From contig CBDANF010000003.1 of the NCBI GenBank assembly GCA_965197475.1, forward strand, positions 1,440,001 to 1,504,000: 64,000 bases of DNA, given 5' to 3'. Positions 20,962 to 30,679 of the stretch are shown piece after piece (positions within the stretch are counted from its first letter, which is position 1; the number at the start of each line of letters is the position of its first letter). This DNA comes from Candidatus Poribacteria bacterium. GTDB taxonomy: Bacteria > Poribacteria > WGA-4E > WGA-3G. A program made the translations under genes and the position numbers. Below the pieces are notes generated by a model. That model was given only the letters and a program-made list of their open reading frames with translations, had not been told where the DNA came from and searched no databases.

Positions 20962-20996
20962 ACAGTCGTGTGCTGTCCCTATGTCAATTCACTTTC

Positions 20997-21668
20997 CTAC
21001 CGAATATCTCTATACAGTTTCGCAAGTCGTTCCAATGAGAAACCTAAAAAATAAAGAAATGTGATAAGCCAGTTGATCGCTGTAGTTCTGATAATGCCAT
21101 TCTTCTCCCAACGTCGTGCCGATATATGAATCCGAGGCTTCACCATTTTCGTTTTCCCTAACCTGCACAATTCTGTAGAAAAACCCATCTCCTCCATAAT
21201 CGGGACCTGTGGAAACCCACCTATACGCTTAAAGTCGGTTTTTGACACAAAAATACCGCTATCCCCATAAAAAACCTTTAGATATTTACCGCGCATGTCT
21301 GCGATAAACTCAATAATACGGTACAGAATACTTTTGCCATCAATCTTTTGAAGAAACCCGCCACCGACATACCCCGACGATAGTGCAGACTCTACGGATT
21401 TGAATGCCCCCGACTCAAGCCACACATCTGCGTGTAAAAAGAGAAGAATGTCCCCTTCCGCTGCGGCTGCACCGGCATTCAACTGTTTTGCACGTCCTCG
21501 TTCGGATTTGATGACCTTCCCATACTTTTCTGCTATGCTGACGGAAGCGTCGGTGCTACCGCCATCAACAACAATAAGTTCATGGTTCTCCAACTCAGGT
21601 TGAAGTCGAGAGAGCGTTTTTTCCAAAACCCTTGCTTCGTTCAGAATTGGAATGATAACTGAAATCAT
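20997..21668 (-). CDS. GT2 glycosyltransferase (TIGR04283-like)
   Basis: ISVIIPILNE, VVDGGSTD, GRAKQLNAGA, LLFLHAD, YGDSGIF, GGFP.VPIMEE, SARRW. Confidence 0.9.
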   Translation of the reverse strand: MISVIIPILNEARVLEKTLSRLQPELENHELIVVDGGSTDASVSIAEKYGKVIKSERGRAKQLNAGAAAAEGDILLFLHADVWLESGAFKSVESALSSGYVGGGFLQKIDGKSILYRIIEFIADMRGKYLKVFYGDSGIFVSKTDFKRIGGFPQVPIMEEMGFSTELCRLGKTKMVKPRIHISARRWEKNGIIRTTAINWLITFLYFLGFSLERLAKLYRDIR

Positions 21669-21692
21669 ATTTTCAACACAGCAAAAGCGGAC

Positions 21693-23411
21693 CTACGATG
21701 AGGTGTTATTGATATACTGATTCAGTGCCAAAATCGGAAAAACGGAAGCATAGATCGGATCACAGTATCCACCAATTACCTCCCAATAGATGCCGACACA
21801 ACTCTCTTGCCATGAACCGTTTTCTCTTTGACACTCAAGGATAAACTCAATCCCTTTTTGAGCAGCAGGGGTTTCACCACAAGCAAGCAAAAGAGCATAA
21901 GTGGACCATGCCGTCTGTTCAACTGTACTATCAGCAGGATTGCCAAACATATCTTCTCCCCATCCACCATCTGCATTCTGTGCCTGTTCCAACCAGTGAA
22001 CACCTCGTGCAATTTCCGGCGCATCTCCGATACCTGTCTTGACAAGAGCAATCAGCGCGTATGCCGTTCCGTAGGTGCGCTTTGCTAACCAGAGATCGTC
22101 CCAGAAGCCATCACGATGAATAGCAGTACGGATCCACTGAATACCACGGTTGACGGATATTTCATTTTTACCATAAACCAGTAACGCCTCAATAGCATGT
22201 GCAGTAATGCTAACACAGCCAACATCACCTTGTCCGGGTTGATACGTGCTCCAACTTCCATCTGCTCCTTGATGCTGTTTCAACCATTCAATACCATGTT
22301 GAATAGCACTGTTTGCATCTGCAGATGATAGTTTTGCTTGAATTACGGCAAGGGTTGCCAACGCAGTGTCATCCGCATCACTCGGAAGAGAACTATCACG
22401 CATACCGGAAAATGCCCACCCACCGTCAGCATTTTGATGGTCAACAAGCCACTGCACTGCTTTATAGATCGCCTTCGCACTGATATTATATCTTGCATCA
22501 ACCTCTGTCAAGGCGATTATGCTTAGGGCAGTATCCCACACGTTGAGGTTTAACGCTTCTCGATACCCGCCATCTGGATTCTGTGTCCCACGCAGCCATT
22601 CAATACCCATCTTTATTAACGTTGAAATCTCGGAATCAACATCCCTATTCTTGCTTACTTCAATCAGTGCCAATACCGATAACGCAGTGATGTAATTCAC
22701 GCGAAACCAACTCCCATCGCTTAAAACCCGCGCTTTCAACCACGCTACCAGCGAATTAACGATTTCCAGACGTTTAGTTGTATTTAACTCTATCAAGATA
22801 AAGACAGGAACTAATGTATGTTGCTCGGCAATAAACAACTCGTCAAATAGAGAAGTGTTGAAAAGGTCAACAGGAGGGAGTCGGTTTCTCGGAGGTTTTA
22901 ACAAAGCACGCAGCTGTGGGATGCGCGTTAAGAGTTTGACGATTTTCATTAACGGCAGAGCCTTTTTAGAAACAATCAATTTCTGCCAGTCAAACCGATT
23001 GAAAGCCGCGTAGGCGAGCTTAACTAATGCAAGTTCAAGCGGGTACTGTGGAATGCGTGACACCGTATCCTGAAGCCGTGGAGTTGAAGCACTCTCAGAA
23101 ACCTGTTCCAAAATCAATCGGGAAAACAACGTTGCATCCGGATTTGACTGATTTGCAGCATCCAATCCCCATGCACCATCACCGTTCTGATTTTTAATCA
23201 ACCAGTCAACCAATGCCGGTTCTGGTGTTTTACCTTGTGCGAATTGGACCCATGCGTAAGCGCAAGACGGAAACGTACTTGAGGAGAGCTGTCCTTCAAA
23301 GTTCCCATCCGCATACTGCTGCGTCAGCAAAAAATCGATGCCACGTGCTAAAGCAGATGTAGCTTGTTCCTTAACTTTTGTATTCAGTTGGAGTGTTTGA
23401 CTTTGTGTCAT
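21693..23411 (-). CDS. Squalene-hopene-cyclase-like class II terpene cyclase
   Basis: DADDTA (DxDDTA) catalytic motif, VWDTAL, six QxxDG(G/S/A)W-type QW repeats. Confidence 0.8.
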   Translation of the reverse strand: MTQSQTLQLNTKVKEQATSALARGIDFLLTQQYADGNFEGQLSSSTFPSCAYAWVQFAQGKTPEPALVDWLIKNQNGDGAWGLDAANQSNPDATLFSRLILEQVSESASTPRLQDTVSRIPQYPLELALVKLAYAAFNRFDWQKLIVSKKALPLMKIVKLLTRIPQLRALLKPPRNRLPPVDLFNTSLFDELFIAEQHTLVPVFILIELNTTKRLEIVNSLVAWLKARVLSDGSWFRVNYITALSVLALIEVSKNRDVDSEISTLIKMGIEWLRGTQNPDGGYREALNLNVWDTALSIIALTEVDARYNISAKAIYKAVQWLVDHQNADGGWAFSGMRDSSLPSDADDTALATLAVIQAKLSSADANSAIQHGIEWLKQHQGADGSWSTYQPGQGDVGCVSITAHAIEALLVYGKNEISVNRGIQWIRTAIHRDGFWDDLWLAKRTYGTAYALIALVKTGIGDAPEIARGVHWLEQAQNADGGWGEDMFGNPADSTVEQTAWSTYALLLACGETPAAQKGIEFILECQRENGSWQESCVGIYWEVIGGYCDPIYASVFPILALNQYINNTSS

Positions 23412-23464
23412 CGCTTAAGGCTATCCATGACGCGGATTAGAAATGAAATGTGACAGAAGTATAG

Positions 23465-23710
23465 CTGATATTTCTTACAAAGGTGCAGAACCTAATAACA
23501 ATCAACACAAAGTAGACATATCGTCATGAAATGCGATCTGTTTTGTAGATTTTGCTTAACTTTTGCGCATGGGATATCATCCTAATTAACAAAACTTACC
23601 TCTCAAACTTACCTCTCAAACTTACCTCTCAATTGAGAATTAGGAGGACATCTCATGCAACATCAGATTATCAAATCCACTATATTTTTTCAAGTACTTC
23701 TTTATTCCTG
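23465..23710 (+). mobile_element. Left-end remnant of the IS701-like element at 52115
   Basis: CTGATATTTCT terminus, homologous leader, AGGAGG RBS and N-terminus MQHQIIKSTIFFQ vs MLTQLIKSTTFFQ. Confidence 0.75.
23592..23630 (+). repeat. Perfect tandem repeat (AAACTTACCTCTC)x3
   Basis: Directly visible in sequence. Confidence 0.95.
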
Positions 23711-23878
23711 TCAGAGCCATTCAATTGTCACAATAGACTCTTGTGGGAGGGCTTTGTCCGCCCGATTTATCGGTGTTGAAAACGCATCCCACAAGAATAC
23801 TAACCGCCGACTGCTATTCGTTGGGTTTCGCAAACTCAACCCAACCTACGACTTGATTAGGAGTATTCTGATAAAGTA

Positions 23879-25029
23879 ATACCATTTCTTGTATATTTAT
23901 CCTTTTAAAGATTTTCAATTCCTGCTACACTTTTTTCAATTTTACAAATCATAGGATTGACACCAATGTACATAAAGCCTCCACAGATTACAGAAAGTGT
24001 TTCAGAGTTGAAAAGCCTGTTGAGAAAGACACCCGTAGGTTATCAAAAGCAAAGATTGACAGCCATTTACCTATTTCGCAGTGGTCAAGCGACAACTCGC
24101 AAACAAGCAGCCGCGCTGATAGGTGTTAACCGAAAAACGATTGGACACTGGATATCGACTTATGAGTCCGAAGGGCTTGATGCGCTTTTGGATCGTGATT
24201 ATTCCCCGGGGCATTCCCTCGGCTATCTAAAGAACAACAAGATCTGTTGCGGGCGGAACTTGAAAAACCGGAGGGTTTTTCAAGTTATCAACAGATAACA
24301 GACTATATTGCCGAAACCTTCGGTGTCCAAATGCACTATAAAACTGTTCACGCGTTAGTTCGCTATAAATGGAAAGCCAAACTCAAAGTGCCTCGCAAAA
24401 GTCATAAAAAATCAAAAAGCGTGTGATGCGTTCGCTGCCAACTTCGCGACAACCGTTGAGAACGTGATTTCGCAGCACACATCATCTTTTCAAAACGCCC
24501 GACTTGTTTGCCAAGATGAGTCAAGATGTGGTCTTTTGCCTGTGTCGTCTCGGCGTATTACTGTGTCCGGTGTCAAACCGATTGCCAACATCAATTACAC
24601 TTTCCAGAACCTTTATCTATACGGTGCTGTGGAACCGATAACAGGAGAAAGTTTCTTCCTTGAAATGCCCTGGCTCAATGGTGTCTGTTTCCAAGTATTC
24701 ATTGATGAGTTAGCAAAGACTTTTCCAGAGACGCTAAATGTCCTTGTGCTTGATAATGGTCGTTTTCATCAGGCGAAATCGCTACAACTTCCTGACAACA
24801 TCGCCTTGATTTTTCTACCCCCTTATAGTCCAGAGTTGAACCCGATCGAAAGACTCTGGCAAGACATCAAAGCCAAATTGTTTCAGCACACATTGGGGTC
24901 AATAGAGGAAATGCAGGACAAAATCACACAAATCTTGAGAAAGTATACGAAGGCAGCTATTGCTCAAATCACAAATTTTAAATATTTCACGAAAGTCGCA
25001 AATGGAATATAATTATTCAGAAATGGTAT
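23879..25029 (+). mobile_element. IS630-family insertion sequence
   Basis: TA|ATACCATTTCT...AGAAATGGTAT|TA ends; HTH ORF plus DDE_3 ORF (QDESR, YGAVEP, VLDNGRFH, LPPYSPELNPIERLW); frame breaks near 24210 and 24410. Confidence 0.92.
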
Positions 25030-25139
25030 TACACCAAGCGCACGTTACTATAGTTTGCATCTGTTCGTCAAACATGGTACCATGTTTACACAAGAACGGA
25101 AAACAACACATTGTTGTGCTATGAAAGGACGAGGCATTT

Positions 25140-25856
25140 ATGGATAACTGCTGTCACGATAAAACTGATGAACTTGAAGAACTCCGTGAACGACAATCCA
25201 AAACACTATGGATTGTGCTTGGCATTAACGGTGCCATGTTCTGCTTAGAATTATTTGTTGGTTTATTGGCAGGTTCAGTGGCGTTGCAAGCCGATTCACT
25301 TGATATGTTGAGTGATACTTTGGTTTACGGATTCAGTCTCTATGCAATTGGTAAAAGTAACCGATGGCGTGCTGGTTCAGCCCTGCTCAAAGGTAGTATT
25401 ATGGCGATCTTTGGTATCGGCGTATTGTTCCAAAGTGTTCATAGGTTCGTCGCGGGCGGTATTCCGGAGTCACGCTTCATGTTTTTTATGAGTGCGCTTG
25501 CTTTGATAGCAAACGCCAGTTGTCTTTTTCTTTTGTCCAGACATAAAGCAGATGATATAAACATGCGCTCAACGTGGTTGTGCTCCCGCAATGATATTAT
25601 TGCAAATACAAGCGTTCTTTTAGCAGCGGCACTCGTTGCTATTACCCAATCTAAGTTGCCAGACGTAGTGGTGGGTTTACTTATTACAACTATCTTTCTC
25701 AAGTCCGCTATCTCTATTCTGAGGGACTCGTATAGAGAATTGCGTCAACCAGTTGCACCACCTTCCAAATTCCCTGTTCCCAATCTTGTGCCAATGCAGG
25801 ATCTCTGCAAGGCAGGAATCTGTCCAGCGAATGCTTGCCAATGTGAAGGCATATAG
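25140..25856 (+). CDS. Cation diffusion facilitator-like transporter (TM domain only) with Cys-rich ends
   Basis: GSVALQADSLDMLSD, DINMRSTWLCSRND, PDVVVG; N-terminal CCH and C-terminal CKAGICPANACQC. Confidence 0.85.
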   Translation: MDNCCHDKTDELEELRERQSKTLWIVLGINGAMFCLELFVGLLAGSVALQADSLDMLSDTLVYGFSLYAIGKSNRWRAGSALLKGSIMAIFGIGVLFQSVHRFVAGGIPESRFMFFMSALALIANASCLFLLSRHKADDINMRSTWLCSRNDIIANTSVLLAAALVAITQSKLPDVVVGLLITTIFLKSAISILRDSYRELRQPVAPPSKFPVPNLVPMQDLCKAGICPANACQCEGI

Positions 25857-26172
25857 CAAAATCTAAATACAATCAATCTCTGTGACACGCTTTTTGATCG
25901 TGTTATTAACAGTGGTAAAGATTGTAGGCTTAATATAAAAATAGAGGTAGCGATCCGAAGATTGCTACCTCCATAAATCGAGATTTGGTTAGCGCGCCTA
26001 CCCAAATCTCGATTTTGTAAGCGCGCCTTATAGGGGAGAGGGACAGACGCACTTACACCGTTAAGGCACACACGGTGTGCCTAATACCTTGCAGGACATT
26101 TATCAGAATATCTTGATCAAAAATAAAATGGTATAAACACATGGATAATTCTGACGAAAACCTAAATTATTG

Positions 26173-26189
26173 AGCAAGTTTCATGCCAG
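26173..26189 (-). promoter_or_regulatory. Sigma54 (-24/-12) promoter
   Basis: Minus strand CTGGCATGAAACTTGCT = TGGCA-N6-TTGC with GG-N10-GC spacing; divergent from a bEBP gene. Confidence 0.75.
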
Positions 26190-26410
26190 TACTTTAATAA
26201 AACCCAACATTTACGTCAGAATTATTGAACCCAAACGATATTTTGATTTTCAATGCCTCTGAAACATAGATATACATTGGGTTTTTCAGAAAATCGAAAA
26301 TAATCTTTTTTCTTCTAAAAATTACTGTCATTGAAAAAGGAAATCTATTTATAATTTGCTTTTCTACTCAAGGACGCAAAAATTGTAGGACACAGCGCAA
26401 ATTCGTGTTT

Positions 26411-26453
26411 TACCATGCAAAAATTGATACGCTCATACAATTTTTGCATGGTA
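26411..26453. promoter_or_regulatory. 16-bp perfect inverted repeat, candidate enhancer (UAS) for the adjacent bEBP
   Basis: TACCATGCAAAAATTG-N11-CAATTTTTGCATGGTA; similar half-site GCAAAAATTG near 26376. Confidence 0.55.
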
Positions 26454-26702
26454 TCTCCTTGGAATTTCTGCTTCTGTTTCTGAGCAAAAAGTCAATAAAG
26501 TGCAAGATGTAGCGAAAATCAAGTCAACTAAAACCAAAATCCAACGTTAATAGAGAAAACAATGTGCTGCATTGTATCTCCTACAAAGCAAGTATAATTG
26601 GCACGTGGTAATGACGCACCGCACCGCTATCTGCTTTTAGGAATATAATTCCTCAAACTTAATATACTTCGTCCAGACTAAAATATACTTAAGGAGCACA
26701 TT

Positions 26703-27812
26703 ATGAACAATCAACCAGCATTCATCGAATTGCCATCAGCACAAATGCAGGTGATTTATAAAACAATAAAGCAGGTTGTAAAATCAAATATTCCGTTTTT
26801 AATAACAGGCGAAACAGGGGTTGGCAAAGAAGGAATTGCAAAATTTATTCACGAAAATAGCCCGCGTCGGGACAAACCTTTTGTAGCCATCAACTGTGGT
26901 AGATTTTCCGCTGAACTCCTGCAAAGTGAACTTTTTGGTCATGAGGCTGGGGCGTTTACCAGCGCAATACGCCAGCGGCAGGGCGCATTTGAACAGGCGA
27001 ACGGTGGAATCCTCTTTTTAGATGAGGTGCCCGAAATGTCTCTCAATGCACAGAAAATGCTTCTCCGCGTCTTAGACACAACCAAATTCACAAGACTTGG
27101 CGGAAATCAAGTATTGACAGTAGATGTACATATTCTCACTGCAACAAACAGGGATATTGAAAAAGTTGTTGCGAAAAAGAAATTTAGAGAAGACCTTTAC
27201 TACCGCCTCAAGGGTATGATACTTCATCTGCCGCCTCTACGGAAACGCGCTGAGGATATACCTCCCTTGGTGGAAACTTTCATTCGTGAATTCAGTGCCG
27301 ACTATGGTAAAAACGTTAAAGGGATTTCTCCAGAGGCACTCACTCGACTTGAGCAAGCAGCGTGGCCAGGCAATATCCGGCAGCTTAGAAGCACTATTCA
27401 AATTGCTATCGCGCTCGCCACGACTGACCAACTTGAGTCTAAAGAGTTCCCAAATATCTACCCTGAGTTCTTACAAACGCTAATCTCTACTTGGAGGATA
27501 CTTCCATCACAGACGCAACATGCAATATGGGAAGCACTCCATCCAGAGACACAACACATAATTATGCATGAATTTTCTACTCAGTTACCTCAACCGTGGC
27601 ATCGCATAAGAAATTCCCACGGTGTAAGCACTGAAGTAGAAGAGGAACCGCTTGATATAAAAAATATGAATCAGAATCAAATTCTACGAACCGTTGCCCA
27701 GAAGCGCATTCAAAAATACATATCCCTACGTGAGGCGGCAGAATCGTTAGGGATTGATATCCGAACGCTTCAGCGGCACGCACAATGGAATGAATCTGGT
27801 GTTGAAAACTAA
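26703..27812 (+). CDS. Sigma54-dependent activator (AAA+ plus HTH, no N-terminal regulatory domain)
   Basis: GETGVGKE, ELFGHEAGAFTSA, LFLDEV, FREDLYYRL, WPGNIRQL, C-terminal AAESLGIDIRTL. Confidence 0.93.
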   Translation: MNNQPAFIELPSAQMQVIYKTIKQVVKSNIPFLITGETGVGKEGIAKFIHENSPRRDKPFVAINCGRFSAELLQSELFGHEAGAFTSAIRQRQGAFEQANGGILFLDEVPEMSLNAQKMLLRVLDTTKFTRLGGNQVLTVDVHILTATNRDIEKVVAKKKFREDLYYRLKGMILHLPPLRKRAEDIPPLVETFIREFSADYGKNVKGISPEALTRLEQAAWPGNIRQLRSTIQIAIALATTDQLESKEFPNIYPEFLQTLISTWRILPSQTQHAIWEALHPETQHIIMHEFSTQLPQPWHRIRNSHGVSTEVEEEPLDIKNMNQNQILRTVAQKRIQKYISLREAAESLGIDIRTLQRHAQWNESGVEN

Positions 27813-27816
27813 TACT

Positions 27817-27935
27817 ACGTGAGCTCGGTGTAAAAGATATGAAGTTCTTAGTGCTTTGGATTCTACTTTCATAGCCACGGTCGGTGCGGTTTCTAACCGC
27901 ACCGATCCAAAAAATTACTTATGCCGAGCTCACGT
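27817..27935. mobile_element. IS982-type MITE with internal REP-like hairpin
   Basis: TIRs ACGTGAGCTCGG / CCGAGCTCACGT share ACGTGAG with the IS982 ends; internal TCGGTGCGGTTTCTAACCGCACCGA. Confidence 0.75.
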
Positions 27936-28095
27936 TATGTTATAAATATACTATACCTGACCAATTTAGTCAAATTAATTTTCAGAAAAATTAAACTCAG
28001 TGTTTAATCTTAACGTGTATTTTGATTTGAACAAACCGAATTATGGTGAAAAGTTAAATATGTGAACATTTGCCTATGGGTGTCCGTGTCCTAAC

Positions 28096-28330
28096 TGTAG
28101 GCGCGCTTTGTAAGCGCGCGTGCTTATTCAAGAACAAACCTGTTTGTAGTCGCGCAATTCATTACGCCTCTTGTGGGAGGGTTTCGTAAACCCTCCATTT
28201 TCTTTCCTTCTATCGTAGGGAAAGGTCGCTGTATATCACTTGTTGTTATAAGTGGTAGGTTGGGTTGAGCTTGCGAAACCCAGATAATCCTGGTTCAGAC
28301 AATCCGCACCATCTACGAACCCAACGCTAC
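28096..28330 (+). repeat. Cluster of GTAG/GTGG-led REP-like hairpins of several families
   Basis: GTAGGCGCGCTTTGTAAGCGCGC, GTAGTCGCGCAATTCATT, GTGGGAGGGTTTCGTAAACCCTCC, GTAGGTTGGGTTGAGCTTGCGAAACCC; relatives near 23743, 23820, 45705, 56235, 57340. Confidence 0.75.
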
Positions 28331-28405
28331 ACTTTTTATAGCCAATCTGACAAAAGTAGACATGATGCTTGAATTGGCAGCTGTCCTATGCTAAACTGAT
28401 ACATT

Positions 28406-30487
28406 ATGCGAAAACAGCAACCTGACGGCACACACCTCATAAAACTTGATCCTCTGTTAAAGCCTTATGCTTCGGAATTGCGTGAGCGGTTCGCGCACTT
28501 TCAACGTTTCAAGGCACAGATTGAGAATAGCTGTGGTGTATTAGGTGAGATTACACAAGGACACCGTTATTTCGGTTTCAACCGTGGCGAAAATGCTGGG
28601 GAATCGGGTGTATGGTACCGCGAGTGGGCACCGGGAGCAAAAGCCCTATCTCTAATTGGCGATTTTAACGACTGGAACCGTGATGCTAACCCTATGTCTG
28701 TTGATGAATGGGGAATTTGGCATCTATTTCTACCAAACAAAGATTATTCAGGTCGATTGACACACGGCAGCCGAGTAAAGGTGCATGTTATATCCGAACT
28801 CAGTGAACTTGATAGAATTCCCGCCTATATCCAACGTGTCATTCAGGAAAGTGAAACCGATTTCACCGGACAGTATTGGTCACCACCAGATCCATATCAG
28901 TGGAAACACGAAATCCCAAAACGAATCCGACGAAGTACAGAAACCTTGCCCTACAGTAACGGGCTGGAAGGTTTGCGGATTTACGAAGCACACGTGGGCA
29001 TGGCACAAGAAGCAGAAAAGGTCGGTACGTTCGCTGAGTTTACGCAAAACGTGCTGCCAAGAATTATCAACTTAGGGTACAACGCAGTGCAATTGATGGC
29101 AATCATGGAGCATCCGTATTATGCCAGTTTCGGGTATCACGTTAGCAACTTTTATGCTGTCTCAAGCCGTTTCGGAACACCTGAAGAATTTAAAGAACTC
29201 ATTGATACTGCACATGGGATGGGGCTGCTGGTCATTATGGATCTGGTCCACAGTCATGCTGTTAAAAACCTGAATGAAGGCTTGAACCGTTTTGATGGTA
29301 CGGAGCATCAATATTTTCATGCTGGTGAAAAAGGAGAACACATCGCATGGGATTCGCTTTGTTTTGATTATAGCAAATATGAAGTGCAACGATTTCTACT
29401 GAGCAATATCCGGTATTGGTTGGAAACTTATCGGTTTGATGGCTTCAGATTTGATGGTGTGACGAGTATGCTCTACAACGACCACGGACTTGGACGGGAG
29501 TTCTCATGTTACGCCGATTACTTCGGTCCCCAAGTTGAACAAGATGCAATTGCGTATTTGATGTTAGCAAATGAAGTCGTCCATGCTGTAAACCCACACG
29601 CGATTTCCATTGCTGAAGATATGAGTGGAATGCCCGGACTTGCACGTCCGATTGAAGAAGGTGGAATAGGCTTTGATTATCGCCTTACAATGGGAATTCC
29701 AGATTATTGGATTCGCTTGTTGAAAGAAAAGAAGGATGAAGAGTGGCACATCGGTGAGATTTACGGAATGTTGCGCAACCGACGTGTAGGTGAGAAGCAT
29801 ATTGCTTATGTTGAAAGCCACGACCAGAGCATTGTCGGGGATAAGACGCTTGCAATGCAATTGATGGAAGCTGAACTCTACACAAAAATGAGCGTTTTCA
29901 CGCCAAATCTTAAGGTTGCGCGAGGCGTTGCGTTGCATAAATTGATTCGCTTACTCACGTTTAGCTTAGGTGGAGAGGGGTATCTCAACTTTATGGGCAA
30001 TGAGTTTGGACACCCTGAGTGGATTGACTTCCCGCGGGCAGGAAACGACAATTCCTATTGGTATGCACGCAGACAGTGGCATCTTGTTGACGATGACACA
30101 CTTTACTACAAGCACCTAAACACTTTTGATGCTGCGATGCAACACCTTGATGCTGCTTATCACCTGCTCACTGATGAAAACATTCAGTTGTTATTCATTC
30201 ACGAGGATGCAAAACAGATTGTCTTTGCGCGCGGTGGACTTGTCTTTGCATTCAACTTTCATCCCACAGCATCAGCAGCGGATTGGCGTATCCCTGTGCC
30301 TGAAAAGGCAGATTACCGGCTCATCCTCAACACCGATGATACAGAATATGGTGGCTACGGTGCCGTAGAGGGTGTCCATCATCCGTGGCAAGATATTGGA
30401 ACGGAGGGTCAGACGCAGTCGATTCAACTCTACGTCCCTGCCCGAAGCGCACAGGTGTTAGTACTACAAATTGAGTCTGCACTATAA
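28406..30487 (+). CDS. glgB: 1,4-alpha-glucan branching enzyme (GH13, eukaryote-like GBE type)
   Basis: YREWAPGA, IYEAHVGMA, MEHPYYASFGYHV, FRFDGVTSM, AEDMSG, YVESHDQ, YLNFMGNEFGHPEWIDFPR. Confidence 0.93.
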   Translation: MRKQQPDGTHLIKLDPLLKPYASELRERFAHFQRFKAQIENSCGVLGEITQGHRYFGFNRGENAGESGVWYREWAPGAKALSLIGDFNDWNRDANPMSVDEWGIWHLFLPNKDYSGRLTHGSRVKVHVISELSELDRIPAYIQRVIQESETDFTGQYWSPPDPYQWKHEIPKRIRRSTETLPYSNGLEGLRIYEAHVGMAQEAEKVGTFAEFTQNVLPRIINLGYNAVQLMAIMEHPYYASFGYHVSNFYAVSSRFGTPEEFKELIDTAHGMGLLVIMDLVHSHAVKNLNEGLNRFDGTEHQYFHAGEKGEHIAWDSLCFDYSKYEVQRFLLSNIRYWLETYRFDGFRFDGVTSMLYNDHGLGREFSCYADYFGPQVEQDAIAYLMLANEVVHAVNPHAISIAEDMSGMPGLARPIEEGGIGFDYRLTMGIPDYWIRLLKEKKDEEWHIGEIYGMLRNRRVGEKHIAYVESHDQSIVGDKTLAMQLMEAELYTKMSVFTPNLKVARGVALHKLIRLLTFSLGGEGYLNFMGNEFGHPEWIDFPRAGNDNSYWYARRQWHLVDDDTLYYKHLNTFDAAMQHLDAAYHLLTDENIQLLFIHEDAKQIVFARGGLVFAFNFHPTASAADWRIPVPEKADYRLILNTDDTEYGGYGAVEGVHHPWQDIGTEGQTQSIQLYVPARSAQVLVLQIESAL

Positions 30488-30551
30488 GGGTATATGAAAT
30501 ATGATTTAACGTGTTTTAACACGTTATCGGACAATTTACATGGATTATACC

Positions 30552-30679
30552 TTTGCCCGAATACGTGCCGTATGGACGGTGCTTTTCTTCGGAAAAGCTA
30601 GGGACAGCCAACCGTGACCTCTGCCTTTACGGTATGTCTATGTTGGGTTGCTAGAGCCAGACACTCTAGCACTTTTCTT
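30552..30679 (+). ncRNA. Candidate structured RNA convergent with the DUF3800-like gene
   Basis: Hairpins GCCGT-ATGG-ACGGT and GCTTTTC-TTCG-GAAAAGC (cUUCGg); CCAAC/GTTGG stem; terminator TGCTAGAG/CTCTAGCA followed by CTTTTCTTT. Confidence 0.6.

Noticed and set aside
23592-23630. Triple 13-bp repeat as a mini-CRISPR or iteron set
   Set aside because: The units are contiguous with no spacers and lie inside an IS remnant; slippage is the simpler explanation
25745-26071. 108-aa minus-strand ORF as the target of the sigma54 promoter
   Set aside because: It runs through REP hairpins, overlaps the transporter antisense, and has no RBS or recognisable motif
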